A stretch of 64,000 nt of DNA from an uncultured Gaiellales bacterium (GTDB lineage: Bacteria; Actinomycetota; Thermoleophilia; BMS3ABIN01). The translations under genes and the position numbers were made by a program. Positions 29,380-38,749 of the stretch are shown one piece after another (position 1 is the first letter of the stretch; the number at the start of each line of letters is the position of its first letter). The stretch spans positions 40,336 to 104,335 of the forward strand of contig CAZCCR010000002.1 of NCBI GenBank assembly GCA_964497425.1, given 5' to 3'. The notes below the pieces were generated by a model. That model ran no database searches. It saw only the letters and a program-made list of their open reading frames with translations, and was not told the DNA's origin.

Positions 29380-30305
29380 GATTCCCGGTCCCAGATATCC
29401 TTGTCGGGATCGAAGACGAGCATGGGCGGCCTGGCGCCCAGGTCGGCGCCGGCGCTGTAGCCGAACATCTCCTCGATGGCGCGGTTCTGCTCCTGAAGCA
29501 GCAGCATCAGCGGGATGCCGACGGGACAGGCCCGTTCGCACTCGCCACAGCCCGTGCAGCGGCCGGCCAGGTGGCCTACCCGGATCAGCTGGATCATCTC
29601 CGACTGTTTGGCGTCCACGGCGCCGCCGGCCCAGTGGGGCACCTGCGTCTGCATGATGCAGACATCACGGCAGAAACACATGGGGCAGACCTCGCGGCAG
29701 GCATAGCAGCGGATACAGCGCGAGAACTGCTCCCGCCAGAAGACCCGGCGCTCCCGCGGCGTCAGCGAGTCGAACAATCGGCGCAGAGGGTGTCCCGGAC
29801 CCCCGCCCTCAGTCCTGTCCCCCGCCGCCTCGCCGATGACGTGATCGTAGATGTCCGGGTCAGCTTCCAGGCAGTTGTGGCATTTGGGCTGGATGAACAC
29901 TTCCCGTTCCACCTCCCGGCCGTCCACGGTGAGGGAGGCGCCGCCATCTTCGATGGCGGCGCCGTATCCGTAGCGCCGCCATATCTTCTTGACGTCCAGC
30001 ACGCCGCTACAGCCGACGCCGATGACCTCGACCCTCTCACGCTCCACCTCATGCTCGATTATCAGCTCCACCACGCTTCGTGCGTCGCAGCCCTTGGCGA
30101 CGATCCCCACCCGCTTGTCCTTCAGCCGCGGCAGGTGCACCGCCAGGTTGTGGACGCAGGTGCTGTCGAACAGGGCCCGCTCCGCCTCTTCTCCGTCACG
30201 GAAGCGGGCAGGAGCCGCCACCCCGCTGGCGGCATCGGTCTCCCAGCCCAGCACCAGGTCGGTCCTCTCCAGAACCTTCTTTATGACTTCGACCAGTTCG
30301 CTCAT
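29376..30305 (-). CDS. flxC: FlxC-like iron-sulfur subunit (FrhB/AsrA-like, two [4Fe-4S] motifs)
   Basis: CIRCYACREVCPMCFC and CTGCGECERACPVG motifs. Paralogous to the preceding gene. Confidence 0.65.
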   Translation of the reverse strand: MSELVEVIKKVLERTDLVLGWETDAASGVAAPARFRDGEEAERALFDSTCVHNLAVHLPRLKDKRVGIVAKGCDARSVVELIIEHEVERERVEVIGVGCSGVLDVKKIWRRYGYGAAIEDGGASLTVDGREVEREVFIQPKCHNCLEADPDIYDHVIGEAAGDRTEGGGPGHPLRRLFDSLTPRERRVFWREQFSRCIRCYACREVCPMCFCRDVCIMQTQVPHWAGGAVDAKQSEMIQLIRVGHLAGRCTGCGECERACPVGIPLMLLLQEQNRAIEEMFGYSAGADLGARPPMLVFDPDKDIWDRES

Positions 30306-30781
30306 GGCTCTCGCTCTTCCCTGTCGGCAGGTGCCACAGCCGCTGAATCATCAGCAACCGATCCCTTTGCAGTCCCGGCGTAGTCCAGCTTGCCAAGAGG
30401 CCTGACCGCCTCCGTGAAATCCGCCACCGTCTCGGCCCAGCGCGCCCCCTCGGAGGCGCTGACCCAGGTATAGCGGAAACGTTCCGGCTCGATGCCGTAA
30501 ACCTTCACCATACGCTTCAGCAGCTCCAGCCGCCGGCGCGCGTAGAAATTCCCTTCGTTGTAATGGCAGTCGCCGGGATGGCAGCCGCTCACCAACACCC
30601 CGTCCGCCCCCTCCTGGAACGCCTTCAGCACCAGCAGGGGGTTGACCCGGCCTGTGCAGGGCAGGCGCACGATGCGCATCTCCGCCGGCTGGGCCATGCG
30701 GGAGGTGCCGGCCATGTCGGCGCCGGCATAGGAACACCAGTTACAGAGGAATCCCACCAGCTTTATGCCTTCACCGCTCAC
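30302..30781 (-). CDS. mvhD: MvhD-like (FlxD) [2Fe-2S] electron-transfer protein
   Basis: Motif set LCNWCSYAGAD...RLPCTGRV...GCHPGDCHY is characteristic of the methyl-viologen-reducing hydrogenase delta subunit family that partners HdrA. Confidence 0.75.
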   Translation of the reverse strand: MSGEGIKLVGFLCNWCSYAGADMAGTSRMAQPAEMRIVRLPCTGRVNPLLVLKAFQEGADGVLVSGCHPGDCHYNEGNFYARRRLELLKRMVKVYGIEPERFRYTWVSASEGARWAETVADFTEAVRPLGKLDYAGTAKGSVADDSAAVAPADREEREP

Positions 30782-32739
30782 CTGAGCGCCTCCGTCACTT
30801 CCTGGATAAGCTGGTTGTCAGTATAGCCCCTCAGTGATATCACCGATGGCGGGCAGGCCACGTTGCAGAGCCCGCAGCCCTGGCAGAGAGACTCTATCAC
30901 CACCGCCACGTGGCGGCCGTCCCGCAATCCCTGTTCCTCGATGGCATGGTAGGGGCAGACCTCGCGGCATTTGAAACAGCCGATGCAGCGCATGTGGTTG
31001 ACCTCGGCGATCATGGGGCTGGTCTCCAGCTCGTCGCGGGAGAGCAGACCGATCACCTTGGCCGCGGCGGCGCTGGCCTGGGCGACGGTCCCGGGGATAT
31101 CCCTTGGCCCCTGGCAGGCTCCGGCCAGGAAGATACCGCCGGTAGTGGTCTCCACCGGCCGCAGCTTGGGATGGCTCTCGGAGAGGAAGCCGTATCCGTC
31201 GTAGGGGATGTTCAGCTTCTGCGCCAGACCCGTCACCCCTTCGGCGGCGTCGAGCCCGGTGGCCAGCACCACCAGGTCGGCTTCCACTTCCACGTTCTCA
31301 CCCGCCAGCGTGTCCACGCCCATCACCACCAGCTTGCCGTCCCGTGGATAGATCTTGCCCACCCGTCCCCGCAGGTAGATGGCGCCCGCTTCCTTCTGGG
31401 CCCGCCGGTAGAACTCCTCGTAGCCCTTGCCGCCGGCGCGCACGTCCATATAGAAGACGTATGATTGGGAATCGGGGATGTGCTCCTTTGTCAGGATGGC
31501 CTGTTTGGCGATGTACATGCAGCCCACGTTACAGCACAGCGGCCGTCCGATGGACTCGTCCCGGGAACCGACGCAGGAGAGGAACACGACATCTTTCGGC
31601 TCGGCCCCGTCCGAGGGCCGCCGGATATGGCCGCCGGTCGGGCCCGAAGCGGAGAGCATGCGTTCATACTGCATGGAAGTGATGACGTCCGGGTAGAGGC
31701 CGCCGCCGTAATGGGGATAGGCCTGCCGCCAGTCGAACAGCTCATACCCCGTCGCCACCACGATGGCGCCGAACTTCTCCGTGTGCAGTTCGTCCTCCTG
31801 TTCGTAATCCACCGCGTCCGCGGGACAGACCTTCTTGCAGATGCCGCACTTGCCCTTTATGAACAGGCGGCAGTGTTCCTTCCTCAGGGATGCCACCAGG
31901 GGCACGGCCTGGGGGAAGGCGATGGAGATGGCCTTCGATTCGCCAACGCCGGCGTTGAACTCGTCCGGCGCCGGGTTGGGGCACTTCTGCTCGCAGATCT
32001 GGCAGCCGGTGCACTTCTCCTCGTCGACGCAGGTGGCCTTCTTCCTGATGTCCACCTCGAAGTTGCCGATGTAGCCGCGCACCTGCTCCACCTCGCTGTT
32101 GACCATCAGCCTGATGTTCTCATGATGTTTCACTTCCACCATGCGGGGGGTGAGGATGCAGGACGAGCAGTCCAGGGTGGGAAAGGTCTTGTCCAGCCGC
32201 GCCATGTTGCCGCCGATGGTCGGCCCCTTCTCCACCAGGGTGACGGGCATGCCGGCGTCGGCGATGTCCAGCGCCGCCTGGATGCCGGCGACGCCGCCGC
32301 CGATGATCAGCACCTCGCCCGCCACCGGCACGCGGCTGGTGAACAGCGGTGTCTGCTCGCGCACCTTGGCCACGCCCATGGCCATCAGGTCGATGGCCTT
32401 CTCCGTCGCCACGTCCATGTCCGAATGTATCCAGGAGCAGTGCTCGCGGATGTTGACCATCTCCATCATGAAGGGGTTGATGCCAGCCTGGGCGACGGTG
32501 CGCTGGAAGGTGGTCTCGTGCATCCGCGGCGAGCAGGCGGCGATCACCACCCGGTCCAGGGCGTGCTTGTGCGCCGCCGCGACGATGGTGCGCTGTCCCG
32601 GGTCCGAACATGTGTACTGGATGGACTCGGCATGGACCACATCGCGCAGTGACATGGCGGCCTTCACCACCCTGTCGGTGGAGACTGTGGCGGCGATGTT
32701 GGAGCCGCACTGGCAGACGAAGACACCTATGCGCATCAG
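30778..32739 (-). CDS. hdrA: Heterodisulfide reductase subunit A-like flavoprotein (start at MRIGVFVCQCG; the ORF-track N-terminal extension overlaps hdrB)
   Basis: FAD GxGxxG (IIGGGVAGIQAALDIA), several CxxCxxCxxxCP ferredoxin motifs, ~650 aa. Confidence 0.85.
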   Translation of the reverse strand: MMRIGVFVCQCGSNIAATVSTDRVVKAAMSLRDVVHAESIQYTCSDPGQRTIVAAAHKHALDRVVIAACSPRMHETTFQRTVAQAGINPFMMEMVNIREHCSWIHSDMDVATEKAIDLMAMGVAKVREQTPLFTSRVPVAGEVLIIGGGVAGIQAALDIADAGMPVTLVEKGPTIGGNMARLDKTFPTLDCSSCILTPRMVEVKHHENIRLMVNSEVEQVRGYIGNFEVDIRKKATCVDEEKCTGCQICEQKCPNPAPDEFNAGVGESKAISIAFPQAVPLVASLRKEHCRLFIKGKCGICKKVCPADAVDYEQEDELHTEKFGAIVVATGYELFDWRQAYPHYGGGLYPDVITSMQYERMLSASGPTGGHIRRPSDGAEPKDVVFLSCVGSRDESIGRPLCCNVGCMYIAKQAILTKEHIPDSQSYVFYMDVRAGGKGYEEFYRRAQKEAGAIYLRGRVGKIYPRDGKLVVMGVDTLAGENVEVEADLVVLATGLDAAEGVTGLAQKLNIPYDGYGFLSESHPKLRPVETTTGGIFLAGACQGPRDIPGTVAQASAAAAKVIGLLSRDELETSPMIAEVNHMRCIGCFKCREVCPYHAIEEQGLRDGRHVAVVIESLCQGCGLCNVACPPSVISLRGYTDNQLIQEVTEALR

Positions 32740-33617
32740 GCCACCCCCGCCAGCCATCTGTCCAGGTCGGGCCTGACCGCCAGGGCGTCCAGGCCCAGCT
32801 CCTCGGGAGGGATGCCCAGGGCCAGGCCGATGGCCTGGCTGAAATAGAGCACCGGCATCCGCAGCGAGGCGCCGTAGGCGTAATTGATCTGCCCCTGCCG
32901 CAGATCCAGGTTCTGGTGACAGAGGGGACAGGCGGTGACCAGGGCGTCCAGCCCCGTGGACATGGCCACGTCGATGATGCGCCTGCTGGCCTCCAGCACG
33001 ATATCCTTGCGCGCCAGTCCCATGTAGGAGCCGCAGCATTCGGTCTTGAAGGGGAAATGGGGCACCTGGGCGCCCGTGGCCTCCAGCAGCGGCCGCATCT
33101 TGCGGGGGTCCCGCGGACTGTCGAAGCCCATGATGTCCGCGGGCCTGGTCAGCAGGCAGCCGTAATAGGCGCCCAGGCGCACGTTCCGCAGCCGCTCCCC
33201 CGCCCGCCGGCGCAGCTCCTCCGGCGTCACTTCCCGGTTGAGCATCTGCACGATGTTGAGCACCTCGGTCCGGTAGCGCACCTCTTCCCCCAGCAGTTCG
33301 CTGGTCTGCTCCCGGATCCGCTCATCGCCCGCTATCTTGTACTGGGCGTACTTGAGACGGTTGTAGCAGCCGGCGCAGGGGGCCACCACAGCGTCATGGC
33401 CGGCGCCGGCGATATGCAGGTTGCGACCGGGAAGGAGCACGCCCAGGGTCTCCGCCTTGTGATGGGGCGCCGGCGACGCTCCACAGCAGTTCCAGTCCTG
33501 AAGCTCGTCCAGCCGCACGCCCAGCGCCTCCGCCACCTTGCGGAAGGAGATGTCGTATTCCATGGCGCTGCTCTTGAGGGAGCAGCCCGGGTAATATGAA
33601 TAGGGCGTCTTCACCAC
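32736..33617 (-). CDS. hdrB: Heterodisulfide reductase subunit B-like (two CCG domains)
   Basis: YYPGCSL...CCG and CCGS...CPLC motifs. Confidence 0.85.
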   Translation of the reverse strand: MVKTPYSYYPGCSLKSSAMEYDISFRKVAEALGVRLDELQDWNCCGASPAPHHKAETLGVLLPGRNLHIAGAGHDAVVAPCAGCYNRLKYAQYKIAGDERIREQTSELLGEEVRYRTEVLNIVQMLNREVTPEELRRRAGERLRNVRLGAYYGCLLTRPADIMGFDSPRDPRKMRPLLEATGAQVPHFPFKTECCGSYMGLARKDIVLEASRRIIDVAMSTGLDALVTACPLCHQNLDLRQGQINYAYGASLRMPVLYFSQAIGLALGIPPEELGLDALAVRPDLDRWLAGVA

Positions 33618-34282
33618 TTGGGCCTCTCTTTCGCCCTTTTGAAGATGCGGCGCACCCCGGCGCGGTCACGGATGCGCGGCGGCACGATGTGGACCTTCCT
33701 CTTCCTCAGCACCAGCGGCACGAGGGAGAGGTCGTTGAAGGGCCTGCCGCTCATCAGGTTGAACCAGACAAGCAGGCTCGCCTCATGCAGCCTGCCGTGA
33801 CGGCGGACGTTGCGCAAGAAAAGGCGGCGGAAACGCCTCAGGCCCCGCTCCGACTCCTCGATGCCCCGCTCGTCGGCTATGTTCTTCGCCGTCTCGATGA
33901 CATCGGCGACATCTATGCGGATGGGACAGCGCGACGAACAGGTCATGCAGTCGTAGCAGAGCTGTGCCGTGGTGGAAGCCAGCGCCCGGTCCACCAGGCC
34001 CAGCTGCAGCATGCGCATGAAGACATGGGGTGGATTATCGAAGGCGCCGGCGGCGGCGCAGGTGGAGGAACAGGTTCCACACTGGTAGCAGTCAGAGACC
34101 TTCTGTCCCGAACGCCGCTCGATCTCCGTCACGGTCTCGCGCCCTTCCCTTATGCTTCTGTTGACATTTATCATTACCCTTTCTCCATTCATGAAAGCGA
34201 CAAACCCGGCGGCGCCCCTGTCGATGCCCTGGATAGAAAGATCCATCCCGGCCGTCCGCCGAGTTTGTGAAAAATTTCTCAA
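33611..34282 (-). CDS. hdrC: Heterodisulfide reductase subunit C-like (two [4Fe-4S] motifs)
   Basis: CYQCGTCSSTC and CYDCMTCSSRCP motifs. Confidence 0.8.
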   Translation of the reverse strand: MRNFSQTRRTAGMDLSIQGIDRGAAGFVAFMNGERVMINVNRSIREGRETVTEIERRSGQKVSDCYQCGTCSSTCAAAGAFDNPPHVFMRMLQLGLVDRALASTTAQLCYDCMTCSSRCPIRIDVADVIETAKNIADERGIEESERGLRRFRRLFLRNVRRHGRLHEASLLVWFNLMSGRPFNDLSLVPLVLRKRKVHIVPPRIRDRAGVRRIFKRAKERPKW

Positions 34283-34330
34283 TCTTTCGGTAGATTCTAA
34301 CAGGAGCTTTAGGGGAAAGTCAATTAAGGG

Positions 34331-35425
34331 TCAGGGGCGGGACGCGGCTGTGTAGTCGTGCCGGCGCTGGACCGGGTTCCAGCCCGCCGCCTCTATGGCC
34401 CGCACCAGCTCCTCCCTGCCGACCCGGTAACTGACGCCGGCGGCGGCTACCACGTTCTCCTCGATCATGGTGCTGCCCAGGTCGTTGGCGCCGAAGGCCA
34501 TGGCCACCTGGGCGACCTTCAGGCCCTGGGTGACCCATGAGGCCTGAATGTTGTCGACGTTGTCCAGGTAGAGGCGGCTCACCGCCAGGGTCATCAGGTA
34601 GTCGATGCCGCTGGAGCTGGCGGCCCCCTCCATGCGGGTATGTTCGTCCTGGAAGGTCCAGGGGATGAAGGCCCGGAAGCCGCCGGTCTCGTCCTGCAGG
34701 CTGCGGATGCGGCGCATGTGCTCTACCCGGTCGGACAGAGACTCGATGCCGCCGAACATCATCGTCGCCGTGGACCTCAGTCCCGCACGGTGCGCCTGTC
34801 GCATCACGCCCATCCAGGTGTCGCTGTCGATCTTGCGCGGGCTCATCCTCAGCCGTACGCCGTCGGAGAGGATCTCGGCGCCGCCGCCTGGCAGGGAATC
34901 AAGGCCGGCCCGGTGCATGCGCCCGAGCGCCTCCGATACCGGTATGCCACTCACCTGTGCTATGTGGTGAACCTCCGGCGGCGATAGGGAGTGGATGGTG
35001 ATGTCCGGGAAGCGCTGCTTGATACCGGCGAACAGGCCGCAGTAGTAATCGATGTCCAGCTTCGGGTGCAGCCCCCCCTGCATCATGATGCCGGTGCCGC
35101 CCAGCTCGATGGTCTCTTCTATCTTGGTGTATATCTCCTCGTCGCTGAGCAGGTAGCCCTCGCTGGAGCCCAGGGGGCGGTGAAAGGCGCAGAAATCACA
35201 GCCGGTGATGCATATGTTCGTGTAGTTGATGTTGCGGTCGACTACGTAGGTGACATCTCCGCCGGGTACCTTGCGCTGCCGCGCCGCGGCCGCCGCCCGT
35301 CCCACCGGCAGCAGCTGCCGGCTCGCCAGCAGCGCCTCGGCGTCTCCCTCGTCCAGGCGCTCTCCCGCCTCGGCCTTCTCCAGCGCCCGCTCGAGCCCTG
35401 CGTCCGTCACCGGCCGCTCATCCAT
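34331..35425 (-). CDS. Radical-SAM menaquinone (futalosine pathway) enzyme, MqnE/MqnC family
   Basis: CITGCDFCAF radical-SAM cysteine triad, ~360 aa, paralogous to the gene at 36334-37434 and flanking an mqnA-like gene. Confidence 0.75.
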   Translation of the reverse strand: MDERPVTDAGLERALEKAEAGERLDEGDAEALLASRQLLPVGRAAAAARQRKVPGGDVTYVVDRNINYTNICITGCDFCAFHRPLGSSEGYLLSDEEIYTKIEETIELGGTGIMMQGGLHPKLDIDYYCGLFAGIKQRFPDITIHSLSPPEVHHIAQVSGIPVSEALGRMHRAGLDSLPGGGAEILSDGVRLRMSPRKIDSDTWMGVMRQAHRAGLRSTATMMFGGIESLSDRVEHMRRIRSLQDETGGFRAFIPWTFQDEHTRMEGAASSSGIDYLMTLAVSRLYLDNVDNIQASWVTQGLKVAQVAMAFGANDLGSTMIEENVVAAAGVSYRVGREELVRAIEAAGWNPVQRRHDYTAASRP

Positions 35426-36344
35426 CGATGAACTCCAGCTCCGGCGCCGTCGCCGCCTCTCCTATCTCCACCGCCCGGCGGTAAAACCCGTCCAGGCCGC
35501 GACGGTACTCATCCGTGAGGTCATAGCGCAGCTTGCTGAAATAGGAGCGCAGCTGCCCGGGGCTGAAGGGATAGACATCCGCCGCCGCCCTGACCACCTC
35601 ATCCCTGTTCTCCGCGCAATAAGCGATGGAATATCCCAGCCGGTCCTGCACCTCCACCGTCTCACCGGGCCGACGCTGGAAGAAACTACGCCGCACCGCC
35701 CAGAGGGCGAAGACCATGGGCAGGCCGGTGAATCCCTTCCACTCCAGGCCCAGGTCATAACTGAACAGGCCGGTGCCGGCAGCCTCAGCCTCGGTACCGG
35801 CAGTCACGGTCGCCTTGCCGGCGCCGTAATACGCTTCCAGCGCCTGGTCACCGATGAGCAGGACTGCATCGTTGGTCTTGAGCGCCTCCGCCACACTGCC
35901 ATCCATGGGAGTATAGACGGGCTCGATGCCGTGCCTCTGCCTCAGCAGTATCTTCAAGAGCACCACCGAGGTGGCGCTCTGGCGCGTCAGAGCCACGGAC
36001 TCCACCTCTGCCATCGGCCGGCGGGAGACGAGGCGGATGCTGTCCACGGCGCCGTCGGCGGTGATGGAGACGTGGGGGAAGAAGAGCAGCTCATCGGCGT
36101 GGACGCCGCATTCGATGGATGAGACGGGGCTGATGTCCAGCTCCCCCGCCAACAGCTTGCGGTTCAGGTCCGTGGGCACGCCTCCCACCAGCCGGAAACA
36201 GCCCCAGCCCGCTCCCCTTTCCAGGCCGTAGTAAAGGGGATATCCGTTGAGGAACTCGAAATGGCCGATACGGATGGTAGACTGGTCCAGGCCCTCCGTC
36301 CGGCCGCCGGCGGCCCCCGTGCCCTTCTGTTCCTCAGTCCTCAT
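35418..36344 (-). CDS. mqnA: MqnA/MqnD-family menaquinone biosynthesis protein (chorismate dehydratase-like); start approximate
   Basis: IRIGHFEFLNGYPLYYGL N-terminal motif of the futalosine-pathway MqnA/MqnD fold (DUF178). Confidence 0.7.
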   Translation of the reverse strand: MRTEEQKGTGAAGGRTEGLDQSTIRIGHFEFLNGYPLYYGLERGAGWGCFRLVGGVPTDLNRKLLAGELDISPVSSIECGVHADELLFFPHVSITADGAVDSIRLVSRRPMAEVESVALTRQSATSVVLLKILLRQRHGIEPVYTPMDGSVAEALKTNDAVLLIGDQALEAYYGAGKATVTAGTEAEAAGTGLFSYDLGLEWKGFTGLPMVFALWAVRRSFFQRRPGETVEVQDRLGYSIAYCAENRDEVVRAAADVYPFSPGQLRSYFSKLRYDLTDEYRRGLDGFYRRAVEIGEAATAPELEFIDG

Positions 36345-37434
36345 AACGGCGCAAGATGTTGTAGAGGGTGTCCCGTTCCACCGGTACGCGACCGGCATCG
36401 CGGATGAGGCGGATCAGCTCTTCGCGGGTGATGGCCTCCTCCGTCTCGGCGCCGGCGGCATGGGTTATCTTCTCCTCCACCACGGTGCCGTCGATGTCGT
36501 TGACGCCGAAGTGCAGGGATATCTGCGCCAGCTTGACACCGATCATGATCCAGAAAGCCTTGATGTTGCGGAAGTTGTCCAGCATCAGGCGGCTGACGGC
36601 CAGCATCTTCAGGTCGTCGACGCCGGTGGGCGGCGACAGGTCCTGCAGCTCCGTGTTGGCGGGATGGAAGGAGAGGGGGATGAAGCTGCCGAAGCCGCCG
36701 GTCTCGTCCTGCAGCTGCCGAAGCCTGAGCAGATGGTCGATGCGCTCCTCGAGCGTCTCCACGTGGCCGTAGAGCATGGTGGCGTTGGACCTGATGCCGG
36801 CGCGGTGGGCGGTACGCATCACGTCCAGCCAGCCCTGCCCTGATATCTTGCGGCTGCATACCTGGCCGCGGACCCGCTCGGAGAAGATCTCGGCGCCGCC
36901 GCCGGGCATGCTGCCCAGCCCGGCTTCCTTCAGCTCCAGCAGCACCTGCTCGACGGTCTTGCCCGAGCGCCGGGCGAAGAAGGCTATCTCGGAGGCGGTG
37001 AAAGCCTGGATGTGGACCGAGGGGTCCAGACGGTGCAGGGCGGCGATCATCTCCACGTAGTACTCATATGGCAGTGACGGGTGCTCGCCGCCGACTATGT
37101 GCAACTCCGTGATGCCGTCCGCCAGGGAGGCGCGGGCACGGTCCAGCACCTCGTCCAGGGTCATGGTGTAGGCGCCCTCCTCTCCCTCACGGGCGCTGAA
37201 GGCGCAGAAGCGGCAGCTGTTGCCACAGACGTTGGTGTGGTTGATATGACGGTTGTTGACGAAATAGACCTCATCGCCGGCGTCGCGGCGACGCGCCAGG
37301 TCGGCCATGGCGCCAACGCGCAGCAGGTCGGGTGACCGCAGCAGTTCCAGTCCGTCGCCGGCGTCGAGCCGCTCTCCGGCCCTGACCTTCTCCTCGACCC
37401 TGTCCAGAGCCCCGGTGCCGGCATCCACAGCCAT
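36334..37434 (-). CDS. Radical-SAM menaquinone (futalosine pathway) enzyme, MqnC/MqnE family
   Basis: CGNSCRFCAF radical-SAM triad, 366 aa, paralog of 34331-35425. Confidence 0.75.
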   Translation of the reverse strand: MAVDAGTGALDRVEEKVRAGERLDAGDGLELLRSPDLLRVGAMADLARRRDAGDEVYFVNNRHINHTNVCGNSCRFCAFSAREGEEGAYTMTLDEVLDRARASLADGITELHIVGGEHPSLPYEYYVEMIAALHRLDPSVHIQAFTASEIAFFARRSGKTVEQVLLELKEAGLGSMPGGGAEIFSERVRGQVCSRKISGQGWLDVMRTAHRAGIRSNATMLYGHVETLEERIDHLLRLRQLQDETGGFGSFIPLSFHPANTELQDLSPPTGVDDLKMLAVSRLMLDNFRNIKAFWIMIGVKLAQISLHFGVNDIDGTVVEEKITHAAGAETEEAITREELIRLIRDAGRVPVERDTLYNILRRYED

Positions 37435-37435
37435 C

Positions 37436-38749
37436 TCAGGCCACCCTGATCTCGGTATCCTGGGCGCCGCTGAGGCGCCTTACCGCCCTCTCGAAGACGT
37501 CGATGTCCGGGCCTATGGCGACCGCTGAAAGCTTGTCCGGGTCGTAGAGGCGCTGCGCCACCTGCTGAACGTCGGCGGCGGTGACGGCGTTTACCTTTTC
37601 AATGATCTCATCCAGCGTCAATATCTCCGAGCCGGTCACCGTCAGCTTGCCCAGGCGGCTCATGCGGCTCTGGCTGGTCTCCATGCCCAGGACTATCTTG
37701 CCCTTGGCGCTCTCCTTGGCCCGCCTCAGCTCTTCCCCGCTGATACCGTCATCCATCAGCGAGCGCAACTGGCCGCTGACTATGCCCGTGACCTCCTCGA
37801 CGCTGTCGCCGCGGCAGCCGAAATAGACGCCGACCAGGCCGGAGTCGGAATAGAAGGAGGCGTAGGAGTATATCGAATAGACCAGGCCGCGCTTCTCCCG
37901 CACCTCCTGGAACAGGCGTGAACTGGCGGTGGAGCCGAGGATGCTGTCGAGGATGGAGACGGCGTACTTGTCCTGGGAGCCGCGGGGCAGCCCCAGGCCG
38001 CCGAAACAGACGTGGTACTGCTGGGTGTCCTTCTGGTAGAAGGCGGCGCCGCCGGAGCCGCCCGCCGGCGGCTCCGCCGGCGCCGCCGTCTGTGCCGCCG
38101 CCGGGTCGCCGTTTGCCCCTTCCAGATGTACGGCGGCCAGCGAGGCCAGCTCCTCCTGCTCGATGTTTCCCGCCCCGGCTATCACCAGGTTGGGCAGGGT
38201 GTAGTGGTCGGAATGATATCGGCGCAGCTGCCCGGCGCTGACCGCGCCGATTATCTCCGCCGTACCCAGCACGCTCTTGCCCAGGGGGTGGTCGCCGAAG
38301 ATCGCGCTCGTGAGGTAATCGGCGATGAGCTCGCTGGGAGAGTCCTCATACATGGCTATCTCCTCCACCACCACCTCGCGCTCCTGGTCCACCTCCCTGA
38401 AAGCGGGCCTGAGCACCATGTCCGCCATCACCTCGAAGGCCTCCTCCAGGTGCTCATCCAGGAACCGGGCGTGGACCACTGTGTATTCGCGGGCGGTGGC
38501 GGCGTTTATGTCGGCGCCGATGGAGTCGAAGAGTTCGGCTATCTCCGTAGCCGGGAAGCGGTCGCTGCCCTTGAACAGAAGGTGCTCGATGAAATGGCTG
38601 ATGCCGCTCTCGCCCGGCCGCTCGTGGCGCGAACCCGAACCCAGCCAGAAGCCAAGGGAGATGGAGCGGACCGCCGGCAGCTTCTCGCTGACGACCCGCC
38701 CGCCCCCATCGAGCTCTGTCAGCTTATACTTCTGGATTTGGGTCGACAA
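37436..38749 (-). CDS. M16-family zinc peptidase (insulinase-like)
   Basis: Inverted zinc motif HFIEHLLFKG (HxxEH) near the N-terminus, ~437 aa, two M16 halves. Confidence 0.8.
   Translation of the reverse strand: MSTQIQKYKLTELDGGGRVVSEKLPAVRSISLGFWLGSGSRHERPGESGISHFIEHLLFKGSDRFPATEIAELFDSIGADINAATAREYTVVHARFLDEHLEEAFEVMADMVLRPAFREVDQEREVVVEEIAMYEDSPSELIADYLTSAIFGDHPLGKSVLGTAEIIGAVSAGQLRRYHSDHYTLPNLVIAGAGNIEQEELASLAAVHLEGANGDPAAAQTAAPAEPPAGGSGGAAFYQKDTQQYHVCFGGLGLPRGSQDKYAVSILDSILGSTASSRLFQEVREKRGLVYSIYSYASFYSDSGLVGVYFGCRGDSVEEVTGIVSGQLRSLMDDGISGEELRRAKESAKGKIVLGMETSQSRMSRLGKLTVTGSEILTLDEIIEKVNAVTAADVQQVAQRLYDPDKLSAVAIGPDIDVFERAVRRLSGAQDTEIRVA

Noticed and set aside
30778-33039. Selenocysteine (TGA recoding) in HdrA/MvhD as in some homologs
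   Set aside because: All hdr/mvhD frames are open with Cys at the cluster positions; no in-frame TGA.
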